A stretch of DNA of 64,000 nucleotides from Balanoglossus misakiensis (GCA_040954595.2 CM082592.2:8481677-8545676); one strand, 5' to 3'; counted from the stretch's first letter, positions 25,016 to 39,200 are shown. The notes: a model not told the origin generated them from the sequence alone. Numbers and translations: made by a program.

Positions 25016-25773
25016 TCTGAATCCTTGTTCAGGAATAATTCCAACTTGAAGAATGAGATCAAAGTTCTATGATCACCGGGAACAAAGGTCGCGTGTGGGT
25101 CGTTCAGTCAATAATCATACGCATGCTTATCAAGTAGAACAGTTAGTTGTCATAGGTCAACTGACCCTGGTGTTTTTTAAAAGATCGCAATCTGATGAAA
25201 ATCATCTTTCTCTCCCAGTAAACTTCATTAGTATCAGGGTATGCGTTAATTCTAATACAATTGAAGCATTTTCATTGTATAAATCTTTCCAAATCCGTAT
25301 CGTGTATCCCCTGGTATCTTATTAACCATGTTATATACTTAAACCGCTATTCCGAGATCGTGCCATTGTGGATTCCTATGAGAATATTTTCCCTAGACAG
25401 AAACTGTAGATCTAAAGATATAACAGATTTCTATTTGAAGGTGTGAGCAATAGTTGAAGGTCTGCAACATTTGAAACAACCTCGGCCGAGACGAAAACAT
25501 TAACAGAAACTGGAAAGTGGAGATTCGCTCAAAAGAAAATGTTGTAGTGCACATTTTACCGCAAGGTATGCTGTTTTCAGTATCGCAGCCATGTCACGTC
25601 TCAGGCTTACACAGAAAAACAACTATACATAATCATAAGCACTAAATATTCAACATTTAATATATAGTGTTTTATTAACAACTAAAAGCAATGACAGTCA
25701 CACATATTCATATTCTGTTATTCAAAGTGACAATTGCTACTACTGTGAACACTGGAGACATGCATTTTTGACA

Positions 25774-25894
<121 letters not shown>

Positions 25895-26882
25895 CACATA
25901 TACATAATACGTATACATACACATGTGTAGCGCCTAAAACTAGTAAATATAGATGTTATACAAAAATAAAATATTATCAATCACATAAAATATAATATCT
26001 TTTTCTATAGTAAAAGCTCACCCAGAAACTTTTTGTCACCAACACGCCTGGTCTATTGTCAGGAAAATGAAAACGGAAATAACTATCTCCATGCGTTCTT
26101 TGAATTTCAATTGGTCATGCAAAGCCGCGGTCAAACGTTCAGAGAACGCATTAGTAAGATACACTATATGAATATACCAACAATAAAAATGGCCCTGTTC
26201 GCCTAAAATTGAAACAAAATGTTTCCATGAAACCTTTCAAAGTGTTTTACAGATCCAAAGCACGAATTCGTTTAATCTCCAGATATAATTATATATATTT
26301 AAAATTAAGTGCAAATTAACAATTCAAGTTCAACAGATACGTTTAGTCTCTGTGCATGCAATATGGACGGTTACAGTTGATTGGGCTGTGCATCAGTCCA
26401 TGTTAGACTCGAAGTCGACTTTGCACAAAAACAGTTGTCTCGAGTGTTCATGTACACACGCCAAACTTACAATTAATAAAGTACATGCATGCAGACGTAA
26501 ATTTCTCCGAAACACACAAAAAGCAATTAAGTAACTCGAGTTTGCGGTCCAGCTGAGCTGAGGTAGCCATTGTCTGTGTCGTAAACAGCAAGTTCTGGGT
26601 TACACGGTTCAGAGTTCGTCGGTACCAAAAGTGAAATGGGTGCTTAAACATCCACTGAAATTGTTTCCCTACTTCCTCCTGTCACCATTAAACATCATTA
26701 ACCAAATTGACCCTTCTTTTCTGAAATCAGATCACTGTCATTTCATTTGATTATAGTTTCTACATCCGTGATTTTCAACCCTTTCCTGATATGTGAGCTT
26801 TCACGTTCTGTGACATTATTCATGTTAACATCGAGGAACTGTTTGAAGGTCAAATCTGCCTTAATTCTCCTTTGAAGTCCTG

Positions 26883-29800
26883 TCAATCGACGCCAGTACC
26901 GTCTCCTGACTCCGATGATTTTCTTTTGCCGTCAGAACGGTAATCTGAAAGAAACCCTTGAGATGGGATTGGGTGTGTTTGGCCAGTGCGGATCTCATGT
27001 AGATCTGCGTTGTACGCTGTTGAGAAACTGGGCACTGCCTGAATGCAGACCTCGTCGTGGCCGTCTTCGACATCGAAGAGAACCAACAAGGACTGCCTTT
27101 TCAACGGGGCTCTGTTGGCCCCGTTCTCTCGTTCACCACTTGGGAGCTGGCCGTCCGCTGTAAACGGGTCGCGCACTGGTCCCTCCGAAGTGGATGAAAC
27201 GGGCGACGGCAGCAGGTTGCTCAGACTCTGAGTTGTTGAGATGTTGTCATTCGAGGGGGTGGAACAGTCACAGCTAGTTTCGGACGTCAAGGAGAGGAAA
27301 CTGCGAGAGCCAGGAGAGCTGCACCCCACACTTTCGCTTGCGGATAGTTTGAGATTCTTTTCAGCTGGTGGGTCTTCTGCCTGAGTCACGTGCCTGTATG
27401 TTGAGTCCACGCGATCTTCAGAAGGCGAGAACGGTGATTTCGTGTCGATCACTGGACTACTGGTGTCGGATGGAGTCGGAATCTGAATGGTCAGTTGTGG
27501 TTTTTGTCGCTTATTCGGCATCGCGTTCATTGCATTCTCATCAGAAACACGTGGACCGTTTTCGATGCCAGAGTAAAGCTTGGGATCTTCCATGTTTGGC
27601 TCGTCCAGAAATCCATAATTTGAATAGCAGTGTTGTCTGCAGACCGGATCGTTGCTACTTTTTCCAGTCGACTGCAATGCTTCTTCGAAAAGGGAATATT
27701 CTGGCAATAAATTTTGGGGTGAGAGGTCTTTTGGATAAAATGGGATACTGGCTCTCGGTTCCTCTATTACCGATGCAAGCGCCGACCTAGAATCGTGCTG
27801 AGTGCCATCTTGTTGGTCAAAACTTGAAAACTCTTTGATGTCTTCTAAAACCTTGCCATTTCTACTCTCGGCATTCGCTGGCATTGGCACAGAGCTAGCT
27901 GCAGCCCAGTGACTGCTTCGGCCACTGGTGTCCGGTTGTTCGGGGGACTGAAAGGCAAGTTTGGGATACATGTTGAGTTGAGAGGTCACGCTGCATCTTG
28001 ACGAGCATTTCTTTGCAATCTGTGAGCACATCTGAGCGTTGAGCTGAGGCGGCAGGCTGAGGCAGTTCCTGCGTGTTGCCTTGTAGTGTTTTGCTAACTT
28101 TGGCGGCACGTCGATCGAGGCGGTTGTCCCAAGTTTGGGTCGCTTCAGCGGCGGTGCGATGTTGGCAGTTCTGTCGACTGCCGAGTTCATGCCTGACGAG
28201 AGACTTCTCGTGTGGGCACCGACACTCTGGCAGCTTCCCACTGAGACTGTGCTTCCGTGGCGACTGAGGAGGTAGGGACACGAAACATCTGAGTTGAACG
28301 AGGAGTGGTCTGTGTTCAACCACTGTTGGTAAATGGAGGCGCAGGGGCAGTAATTGCTCCCCGAAGGTATGGATACAAGGCTCGTGCTGCTGGAGAATCT
28401 GTCAGACAGACGGCTGAACTCTCTCCGCACGGGACTCATGGTCGAACATGACAGCCTGCTTTGCTGCTCGTGATTTCCTTCGGTGTGGATGGTAGAAGTT
28501 AAACTTGCATTGCTTGCCAGGCGCCTCAGATGATGAAAGCTTGTCTGTGACATCAGCGGCAGGGATATTGTGCTCTCTCTGGCACTGAGTGGGTAGTGAG
28601 TGTAGGGCACGCTTGTTCGATGATCGATTGGGTCGAGGTGCAGAGAAGACATGGACTCCCTACTGCCGTGAAGACTGTGCTTGAGTGTGCTTCTCCTCAG
28701 TGCCCTCAAGTTTTCCGGGATACTCTGCAAGCCGTGGCCTGGGATGCCGCATTGGTTGTCTGCAGGAGTAGAAGTCCGCCTCTCGGCGCCCAGGGCGTTG
28801 GTGAAGTTATCCAAAAAGCTCGATCCCTGGCGAGATGCAAAGTACTGCTCTGCTCTCAGGCAGAAACAGAAGCACTGGTGACAGCAGTAGGGGTGAGATG
28901 GGTGGAAGGAGTGTGGGCAAACCCCAAAGGGAGCGTCATAACTGCAATGAGTCGCGTGGCTCACAGTCATCTGGGTACTCTCTCGACGGCCATTGGCGTT
29001 TGCAGTGCATGTACATGTGGTGGACGCGTGACTATGATTTCCAACTGATTGGACGCTGCTGCCTGTCTGCTCTTCTGATGTGGCACAGGTGCATGCCAAC
29101 CCAACCGCACACCTGCAGTGTACATATCCTCCCGCTTCGCTCTTTGCCCCCTCACGCTCGTGTAAAGCTTCTCCTGTGCCGGCCATGTTCGAGTGCGATG
29201 CCTCGTGCCCGATGGCCCCCGGCCTCGTTGCCATGACAGAGTTGGGCAGCACGAACGAGTCCAAGGTGCTCAGGGAGCTGATTCTTCGGGAGCCGCGGTG
29301 CCTTCGAAGAAGTTCCTGACTCCAGAAGTCGTCATCGACGTTGGCTTCGGTTGTCTGCCTGAAGGTGGCGCCGAAGTCGGTCATCGCGAGCGTTCGCGGC
29401 GTGCTGTCATCCGCCGTTCGGCAGAACAGCACCTTCAAGAAATGCCTCGTGTACTTCTGGTTGACGAGGTTGATGGCTACGGCGTTCAGCGTTGGGCCAA
29501 ACAGAGACACCATGAACACCCCTGTCAAGACCGCTCCCGGTAACGGCTGCACGTTCAACCTCAGACAAACAATGATGATGTTGTACGGTACCTGGAAGCC
29601 AAAATTCATCATCACGACCACGAAGAACTTCGTGGTATTTCTCGTACTACCGGAGCGTTTCCCACAGATCATCTCTGCAGGGCATCCCCTATCTGGACCC
29701 TGGTGACTCGCCCTGGGGTTGACCCGACCCTTCACCAAGAACGCGTAAGCTATGTTGGCATACGAATACACGACGACCGCCAGGGGGACGGCGAAACTAA

Positions 29801-31139
29801 GTATCAGGGTAACAAGCACGAAAGCATCACCGTCGGCAGTACTCAGGGATGCCAAGTTGCAGCTGTACATCGGCAGATTCACCGACCACGCCGAGGCGTC
29901 GTGGTTGACGACGGACATCAGTATCACTGCGCATGAGTACACCCAGCAAACGGCCAAGGAGAGGATCACGGTATTTCGTGTGACGAGAGAGGAATATCTT
30001 ATTGGTCTCGTTACCGACACAAACCTCTCAACGCTACCAAACGCCAGGGTTAACAGTGTCGCCGTGGTGACCAGCGCCGAGAGATAACCGACGCTTGCGC
30101 AGACTGGGCCACGGAGATTGCCGCCTCCTCCGAGGGACACGATAGTTGTCTGAAGCATCTGAACCATGCTGGACAGTACACCACAGCAAGAGATGTTGAG
30201 ATAGCAATAGCCTGAAAAGAATGGCAAAAAGAACAACTTCAGATCACAGGCCATGACAATTCATACCTAAATTACTGCTATCTGTTACTATATGATACAC
30301 ACAGCGAGAAAAAAGAGGCATTTTCTTACAATAGTGTAGAACACACTTTAGAATATATTTTCGTTTAGAGATTATAATAGAGAGATTATAAAAAAACACA
30401 CCCAGTGCCGTCTTCAGTTCTCTGTATTTGATGAAATTGACGACGGTGATGATGTTGCCAGGCAACGCAACCAGGAGCAGTAAGATTGTCACTGTGGCAA
30501 CTGTATAGTCTGGGTTCAATGAGTTGTAGTCCTGCAGGTCGATACCCTGCGGTGAAATGTTGGGCGTAACGCCAACGTGGGAGAGATCTGCTCTTCCTGT
30601 ATTATTAAAGGTTGAGTTGTTCTGTAAAGGGGTGACAGAGAAAGGGAATATAATAATAATAATAATATTCTCTTTATCATTTTATCTCAATTTGATCAGA
30701 TGATTATCTTAATAGTAATGCTGACGACGACAATGATGATGATGACCATTGTCCGTTGTTTTTCCCCGCGTAGATGATTTTTGACCTTGCTCTCTCCTTA
30801 ATTATAAGGGTTTCTAAAACAGCATGTACATATGTCACATGAAAGTGATGGAAAGAGCACGTGAAACATGAATGGGACACATGTAGAACGTCTAGCCGGG
30901 TGTTCAGACATAATTTTGGATAAGCTTTGCCGGCCTGAACGCGTGACTAGATTCTCAACTATACGAAGTATGCGAAACGTTCGGACACAGGTGAAATAGG
31001 TGTTAATTCAAAATGATTACAAGAAAATAGTTTATCCGTTCGATACGTTCACTCCTGGTCAGCTTGTTTATATCTGCTTCCTTACCTTGAAAATGTCGGC
31101 TGTATCGACTTCGGAGGAAAAATTATTCTTTGCTGCCAT
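26883..31139 (-). CDS. Atypical rhodopsin-like (class A) orphan GPCR, about 1200 aa, with a very long C-terminal tail
   Basis: Exons 31139-31086 (AAACATGG...AAG|GTAAG), 30621-30402 (G|GTGTGT) and 30211-26883 join in frame (3603 nt). N-glycosylation sequons in the N-terminus, GN in TM1, Cys in TM3, SVERFVSVTRPIRY, CW in TM4, FAVP..VV.YSY in TM5. Confidence 0.85.
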
Positions 31140-32040
31140 GTTTGATGATGGACGGGCGCGAGACAACTTTCCTCGGCTGCCGACAGCGCTAAGCCTGATG
31201 TCTTTTCATGCAAGGTCAAAAACAGAACAGAACACCGGGGTGGCGATTCATTCACTCGTATATGACCGCCGTCAACCAAGACGTCCGATCCATTCTGTGG
31301 TATGAGTTGATCTTGACATCCAACCAAAAAAAAAGCCGTCACTCTGAAGAGCGTGTTCACCAATCTTACGAGATGGCGGGAAGCAGCTTTGGCAACCGTT
31401 GTTTTCTCTCTCTCTCTCTCTCTCCGAGTGCACCACTAATGCCAACACGAAGTCAATGGGTGTCATATTTTAATGAGCAGATCTGTATTGAAGTAAGTTG
31501 CCATGGTAACAACTGCCCAAGCAACAACTGACAGCTTGCGTCAACAACGACTGATATCGCTCAACAACGACAATGGTGGCGTTTGTCGCTTGTCCACGTT
31601 TCTCTGGCTCTTCGCACTTCTGAATTCATTAAGGGCACACTCACACGGTGTTAAGTGGGAGGGTTGTTTTGATGAAAAAAAAGAAGATTCTTTGAACTTA
31701 TGCAACGATCTAAGAAATCCTTCATGTGTGAAAAAAGTGTTTGTGTCCACTCTGCTTTACTGTCAAATACCTGTGATTTATTTACTACAAACTACCCAAC
31801 AAACTATGTACTAAAATACCGTGTATATACACCACAACAAAGACTATGACAGGTAAAAATTGCACTGCATTAAATTTCAATTTTCTTCATTATTTTCCGG
31901 TAGGAAAATATATCAAAGTTACAGCACTAGTAAGTTTTCTGGCTTTTCTTCAATAGATTTCAATATTACAACCCACTGCTTCATTTATTGAGTTGTTGAT
32001 TAAAAACACTGACAGTGAGCTTCTGTACGGTTATTCCTAA

Positions 32041-32071
32041 AGGTCACCAGTAGGTCAGGGTTGAAAGGTCA
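32041..32071 (+). promoter_or_regulatory. Cluster of nuclear-receptor half-sites in DR5 plus DR8 spacing (RARE-like)
   Basis: AGGTCA-ccagt-AGGTCA-gggttgaa-AGGTCA, about 0.9 kb upstream of the GPCR ATG. Confidence 0.4.
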
Positions 32072-32831
32072 GTCCCGTGTACACATGGTTTGACTCGCTG
32101 GATCTACTTGAAATTGTCCGAAAATTGCTAACGCTGTCATATTGTGGGCATTTCTACATGATAAGTCGATTGAACTGAGAAGGATTGAGACAAACTCGTT
32201 GGGTCTACGCGCAGGTGTCAAAAGACAACTTGATAAGTTACCGGTAAACTATCTGAACCACACCCTCCCTAAAATGGAGACTCACTACAATAAACAACTT
32301 TCCCAAACAATGATAGGGAAACTTTTATAGATAAAACACTTTTGTAAACTGATGAATTTTTCTAAGTTTCTTGGGTGTCAAGTTTCACTAATATGCATTA
32401 TTTTGGATACAGTTGCCACTTTCTTGAATAAAAAACACTCTTGATAATTATCATATGTTGTAAAAGTTACTAAAACACTTGAAACGGTTTTTGCATCAAA
32501 AGTAAATGTTCAGAGCAAAATGACTAAAATTGTGAAGGTAAATCAAGAAGTAAAAATGTTAATGACAGTATAATGGGAGGAGTTCGTGTACAGTCAAAAT
32601 AACCTAACTATAAAATCTAATCAGGAAATTTGTGATAGTTCTAGTTTATTGCAGTTGGTACCCATTCACCCCGACTATATCTTGAACAGTGTAAATAATG
32701 TAGTTTTTTTTCTGAATCAAATGAAATTAAAGTTCTGGGCACCTGCTGTTTTTAAACATTCATGAACTGGGGAACTTTTGACTGTATTTGAGTGAATAAG
32801 GAGTGTCTGTGTGCGTGTGCGTCTGTGGGTA

Positions 32832-34424
32832 CTATGAATGAAACACAGGATTAACTCTTGCTATTCTTTCTCTGCAGATGGGACAGTGAGGGGGTTGAAG
32901 CACTGCAGCACAGTCCGCGCAACAGCAGATGTGACCGCAGTTCAGTATCACCACCTCTCTGGGATTGGTCAGACATATGACGCAGACACCGGCGTTGGGA
33001 TTATCCGCCTGCCCGGCCGTCTCGTCGCCCGCGTCCACCCTCTGCCTACGCTCCCGGATCTCGTCGATCTGCTGCTGCCGGAATCTTCTCTCCCGGTACT
33101 TCTTGTACCACTTCCACAGGCAAGCCACCGCGATGACGGCCGTGGTGGTGCCGAATATGTACACGAGAATCCTCCACGTCCGCACTTTGGATTCCATCTG
33201 TTTCAGGATCTGGCTTCTGCTCAAAGTGCTCAAGATGTAGTCTCCCTTTCCCGTGGGCGGGGGGCCGAGTCGGAGGTCGTCTTTCTCCAGGGTCAGTTTG
33301 CCAACCCCTGTCACCACTGTCCCCACCGGTAGCAGCTTCTCAATATCCTGGTACCCTTTAGTTTTCTCCCCGGAGGCCCAGTTGACAATCGTTTCACCCA
33401 GTGAGCTCTCCACTGGCGTGAACTTGTCATATATGATGTCTAGGTTCAAACCTGTGGCCTCTAGGGGTTCATCGACAACAACAGATGCATTGTCCCCATC
33501 CAAACTAAACGAAACACACTTTGTATTGTCTCTGATTGATCTGTTAGTGTCATACCTGGAATATGAATAGATTCAAGATTACCAAAGGTTCATCTCAAAT
33601 GAGAGGACCATGTCAAAAACAGACTGTTGGAGAGTACAGCAGGCACGCATCGAGATATGACTACCTGAACTGCATGAATGGTGAATAACGCATTCAAACA
33701 TGTCAGAAGATAGAAGAGAGACTTGTGCTACCAAGTGAAACCTAACCTACCATAGCCTAGTAGTTTTATTCCATTCTGTTCTATGCTCTTTTAGTAATAG
33801 TGTCTGTATAACCCCAAACATTCCTGCCACATATTCACTCCTCAGTGCATTTCCAATGGCCCTCACTTTGCCTTCAATGACCACATATGGAAGACTTTGA
33901 TCCTGTGCTTCTCGTATAACATCTTTCAAGTCTGCATTGATATTCAATGTTGGAGCCTCCTGTAAAATTAAAGAACATACACACTTTTTAATAATGTGCT
34001 ATTCTTTGGAACATTACACATTTATTAAAAATATGTCATGAGAAAGTACGTGTAGCATACATTACAATAATGTTCCTGCTATTTCATGGGTACTGAACTG
34101 CAGCAAAACTGGAACTTGAAAGCTATTATATATGAAATGAAACCGAAAATTGTCAAGGGTGTAACTGTTTAATAACGTAAGACAACACTGTTCACGCTAA
34201 GAATACAAGAACAGCCAGCATGTCCGGAAGAAGCTGTTGTCATGGTAATAAGCTGACATGACACCAGAGCTGTTTCTGTGGAGAGACAAGTATAATATAT
34301 TCAAAGTTTGTAAGATTTTTAGTACCTTGAGCTTTGCAATGCTTTGCTGTCTCCCTTGTGACATATACCACGTAAGCGCAGTTGCTGCAGTGCCACAGCC
34401 TAGAATCAGTAAATCGGCCAACAT
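32832..34424 (-). CDS. MUL1: Mitochondrial E3 ubiquitin ligase MUL1/MAPL: TM, GIDE domain, TM, RING
   Basis: Three exons (about 34424-34326, 33958-33750, 33557-32832). Motifs PYVVIEGKV, GEKTKGYQDIEKLLPVGTVVTGVGKL, a second TM, and the RING CVICLTNPREVVILNCGHICCCADC...CPICR. Confidence 0.93.
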
Positions 34425-34926
34425 TTTGAAATTTCAGCTTCGGATCGTCCGGTACACTGCGCCGCCCGGACCGGTATCGAGACAAGGTCACTGCACTATG
34501 TCTGTTCGCCTAGGCTATTGAGACCTTCCTGAAATCCTGCTGTGATGTACACCTTCAAACGGCATGGTAGTTAGACAGAAATATCCAGATATCACGGTGG
34601 CTGGCCAGGGTTTCCGTAGTGTGCACTGTAGCCGTGACAGGGTTGTTGAACGTGGTTTCCCTGTGTCAAAGTCCAACGGGTCACGTGTGTAGTCCGGGGA
34701 GCCCCCTAAAACTATTGCTGGATTCGTAGCAACGTATTCGCAATACGGAATTGCCTCCCATTTATTTCCTCCAAAGGGTTCCCTCGTTATGCAAACTGCA
34801 TAACGATTGAAGGATCAACCCAAACCACAACGATAGAATCCTTCTCATTTGTATTGTACAACAAGCCCAGTGACTGAAAATTAACACAGACATGTTGAGT
34901 CGAACACACAGTCTGCGAAAGTGGCC

Positions 34927-35601
34927 ATGTCTGACGCATACATGAGGCACGTTGTTCTGTACAGCGTCTTAGTGTGCCTGTCTATGTCTTTGGTCTGGTT
35001 TGCGGCGAGAAGGTTATTCGGTACGATGGCAGCGGAACAGATTAAAGCTGGTCTGCATTCTGCAGCCTTTGTCACGTGTCCGAACAAAGAGACTGCTTTA
35101 AAACTGGCCAGGTAATTAACTTGGTGGGAAGGGGGGGGGGGGGGACCAGCATGAGAAGCTGTAGATGATATAGATGTAGGCTTTGAAGTTTGAGTATGAG
35201 TGGTAATAGTGGACATGCTAGCCATTTTAAATTTTTTCGATCCCTGGTGTATTATAGGTTTGCTAGTTTTCTCATACAAACCTTTACTTCTCTAAAAAGT
35301 ACAACTTCAACAACATCATAGTTAGCGAGTTCATTTCTTTCTCAGAGGGTTGGTGGAGAAGGACTTAGTGGCCTGTGTGAACATCATCCCCGGACTGACG
35401 TCAGTCTACAAATGGGAAGGAAAACTTGAGGAAGACAATGAAGTGCTCATGATGATTAAAACTCGCTCCTCCAAGATTTCTGAGGTGACGGGATATGTGA
35501 AAGAAAATCATCCGTATGATGTCCCTGAAATTATAAGCGTTGGGATTGAAGCTGGAAATCCGGGATATTTAGAGTGGATTTCTAAGAGTGTACCAGAGTA
35601 A
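34927..35601 (+). CDS. CUTA: Protein CutA (divalent cation tolerance homolog)
   Basis: Exons 34927-35111 and 35346-35601 give SAAFVTCPNKETALKLAR|GLVEKDLVACVNIIPGLTSVYKWEGK...IKTR...HPYDVPEII...GNPGYLEW. Confidence 0.95.
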
Positions 35602-36252
35602 CTTTACTGAAGAAATGTTCTGGTGCTGAGAACAAATGTGTAGTGAGCATTTTCCAGGAGTGGTTTCACTTCAAGCACTCTCAAAGATATGCTCCTAATC
35701 TTTGTACATTTAGATGAGACTAGCCATGGCCTTTGAACTTTTGAGGAATAAAACCGTAAATATACGTTGGTGGATTTTTGAATGTCTGTCTGTCTGTCTG
35801 TGTGTGTGTGTGTGTGAGCACTCAACTACCATTATTCATGGCTCATTTCCTAAAAGCTTCTTTTTGCACATGTGCAAATCAGAGGCAAAAAACTGGCTTT
35901 GGTCCAAATGCCTTGTTTTCAATGATAAAGTTAGTGAATAAAAAGTTAGTTAATAAGTATTCAATTTAATTTACATCACTCTTGCAGGTTTAAAGCAAGA
36001 ATGACAAATATGAGAACAAATATTGAAAAAATAGATTGTACATATACAATAAATCAAATGGCAGTGAGTTTACGAACAAAAATAAAATTAATGAAGATCA
36101 TTCGGATGCCTTAGAATGTAAAATGAATGAATGTAATTATAAAAAAAAAAAACTTTTTGAAGTCACAGACTGCAAAGACTTCTAGTTAGTTGAGGGACTT
36201 CTTGATGTTGCTGTTGGCAGTGAAGAAAAATACTAGTAGTATCTGCCTTCAG

Positions 36253-39200
36253 TCAGTTGAACCACTGGAAAAGATTGAAAAAATAACAAACAGTTAATCA
36301 TCTACATGAACAACGTAATAGTGAGGCTGTGTGTTTGAGGAAATGAACAACCTTTGTAATTTGAATATTAGTCAGACTACCTCCTGGTCAGGCCATTCTA
36401 CATCTGTATCACTCGGCTCCATTTCTGCTTCCTCAGCACTTTCTTCCATCCCGTCCAAGTCATCATCTGCACTGCCTTCAATTCCGTCGGTAGCTTGTTC
36501 AACTTTCTGTAATCCTTCCATGGCTTTTCTGTTAGTCGGATCCATGCTATCAAGAGACAAAATATTAATTGTTTGGAAAATTTGGCAGACCAGATATTCC
36601 TGTCACTGCCAAAATAGGCTCATTTCTGTTTTGTCTTCCAAGTTTCCAGGACAAGGTAGCATTATAAGTACTATATGTGTATGAGACATGTAAAGCATGT
36701 GGTAATAATACCTTCCTGCATTTTGACAGTGCACATCTTTCCCTCAGTTACAGCCAAAAAAGTTGTGTTGTTTACCTGAGAGCAATGCTGTACTGGTCGA
36801 GTGCTTCCTGGTGGTCATTGGTTGCTGCCAAATAATCTCCTAACATCTGATGTAATCTACATGTACTCTGCAACCGCAGCTGGTTCCGCAACCTGTTGAT
36901 AACATGTCAACATTTTGAGTTGGGAAATACATTCTATCATACTGTCGTCTATAGTAGGTAAAAAATTGGTTAAACTGGAGTGGAAAGACTTGAGAGTTTT
37001 ACCACACTCACAGTTCTATGGCTTTGTCGTATTTCTGTTCCTTTCCCAGGATTTCTGCCATGACGTAGACAGCGTCAAGGTGTGACGGATCCATCGATAA
37101 TGCCTTTTCTAGCATGCACTTTGCCTGGAAAATCAAAATAAAATTCATGCCATTACACCACCATCAGATCAGCGATGAGTATTTGAGACACATTTGGAAT
37201 AAAATAAATCAGTGTGTTTTCTAAAGAATAATCCAATAGTTTCTTAGATGTATGATCACAAAACAGTCACTGCACTGACATTCCTCACCTTGTCGACAAC
37301 TTGCGATTCCTTGGCCAGAACTGAGGATAGTAAGGTCAACGACCTGGGTGTGTTGCCGAGGGTTCGACAGGCATTGGTGGCGTTGGTCGCCGCCTCCTTG
37401 AGACGATGGGCTGCCACAAGACACTCCACCAGTCCTGCACAAATGGGAAATAGTTTATATATACAGTGCATCTGAAAAAAATCCGACCAGACTAGCAACC
37501 ACACCCCTTCACAAAAGATACTGTGTTTAATGTTTAGGGGAGGGGGGTATGGAGTTTTGTTTGTTGTGCGTATGAGTTTAATTATGCGTACCCCTTATGG
37601 CTACCTCGTGTCGAAAGTTACACGATTAAATTTCCTGAATAAATGACATTTCTTTAACAATACCTTTGTGCGCTTCAAATCTATGTGGTGCTATCCTGAT
37701 GGCTTCCCTGAAATGAAGAATGGCTTCAGAGGTCTTGTTGGAGTCCTTCAGCACACTTCCTTTCAAGATCACTGACTGCCCGTTGCGACCATCAATCATA
37801 AAAGCCTGCAAAGTCATCAAATCATTACATGAATCTCACTTTTTTAACAATGTTGACATCAAGAACATTTCCATGTTATTTTCTTTCCTCACCTTTTGTG
37901 CAAAATAAATCGCCCTTGTTGGTTTCTTCGTCACAGCACAATAGTATCCCATGGCAACCCAAGGCTCTGGTTTGGTATTTGTTATTGACATCATTGAGGT
38001 TGCTAGGCTACAAGTCGAAACATAAAATACAATACATTACAATACAATTATCTCACTATACCAAAGATTACAAAAGACCCTGTCAGACCTAAACTCACCT
38101 CTCCAACTCTTTGACTTCTTTCTCTTCCGCCAACAAATAGGCATAGATGTCCATGCCACGTGTCCAGTCAGGATCTAGTGAATGGAGCTGCAACAACATT
38201 GAGAGAATGTAAAGGAGAGACGGTTAAAAGAACTGTATGTGGTGTGATGGTCTGCACCTGTAGACTCATACCACATACGGTATAAGATGTGTCTGTTTAA
38301 AATATTTTAGCATCATACAGTGTTTCACATGGCAATGTTTGAGACTTCTTTTGCTTTGAACAACTCTTTATTTTGTATACAGACTTTCTCCAATATAAAC
38401 GTCCACTGACTCAACATGTTACAGGAATCAATACTTACCCTGATGTAAACTTGCAGTGCATTTTTTAAGTCACCAGACATGAAGTAGGAGTCGGCTAGAC
38501 TGTGAAGTAACTCTGTATTATCTCTGAGGATGCTCTGTGGAAATATCAAACAACCAAAGAAAACAGTAATATTTGGCTAGTGGTGGCACTGTTTGTGTGT
38601 ACTGTAACTCTGGAGCAAAAGGACTGGGCCAAAACATAGACAGCTGACTGGCTTTCCCTTTCTTTACCTTTGATTCCAGGTTCTTGAATATTGTAATTGC
38701 TTTGGAGTAGTCCTTGAGGGCCGCATGTGCATGACCTTTGACCAGCGGGGTCAACCTGAAAAAAAACACAAATTTACATATATCAAAGGATGCATTGTAT
38801 TTCTCAAAATAGTTCTGGAAATGCAATCAGTTATTTGTTTCTCGACATTTGCAGAATCATATACTTTTGATCAATTCTGCATGACTCAACGCAGCGAATC
38901 TAGATATTATAAACATGCAGGAATGACTTACCATGATTCAACATTGGACAGAGTTGGCAAGTTGCTCATTGTTAGGGAGGCGACTTCAGCACCTTTGACA
39001 CCCAGTGACAACAGACACAGCACAGCCTCCAGCGCCATGGGACATTCTCTGTAACAGAACAGTGTGTGTTATTCACTATTCATGTCAAGCGTTTCTGTCA
39101 AACAAGCATTTGCACACGTGAATGAACTGTCTATCACATAGTAACAAACTTGCACACTTACTTCAAAACTTCTCTGAAATAAGTGATGGACGACCTCTCA

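Noticed and set aside
26915-30087. Many plus-strand ORFs overlapping the GPCR
   Set aside because: They are antisense shadows of a GC-richer coding exon and show no recognisable motifs.
30244-30401. Continuation of the GPCR TM2 as GVFFYNLSIIISKRK in the ORF track
   Set aside because: This frame runs into AT-rich sequence with no later in-frame donor evident. Splicing at G|GTGTGT (30402/30401) restores a proper TM2.
34440-34760. Hairpin-rich stretch between MUL1 and CUTA, resembling RNase MRP/P RNA or an iron-responsive element (CAGTGT)
   Set aside because: The conserved P4 helix motifs are incomplete and the IRE upper stem does not pair. It is explained as GC-rich bidirectional promoter or UTR sequence.
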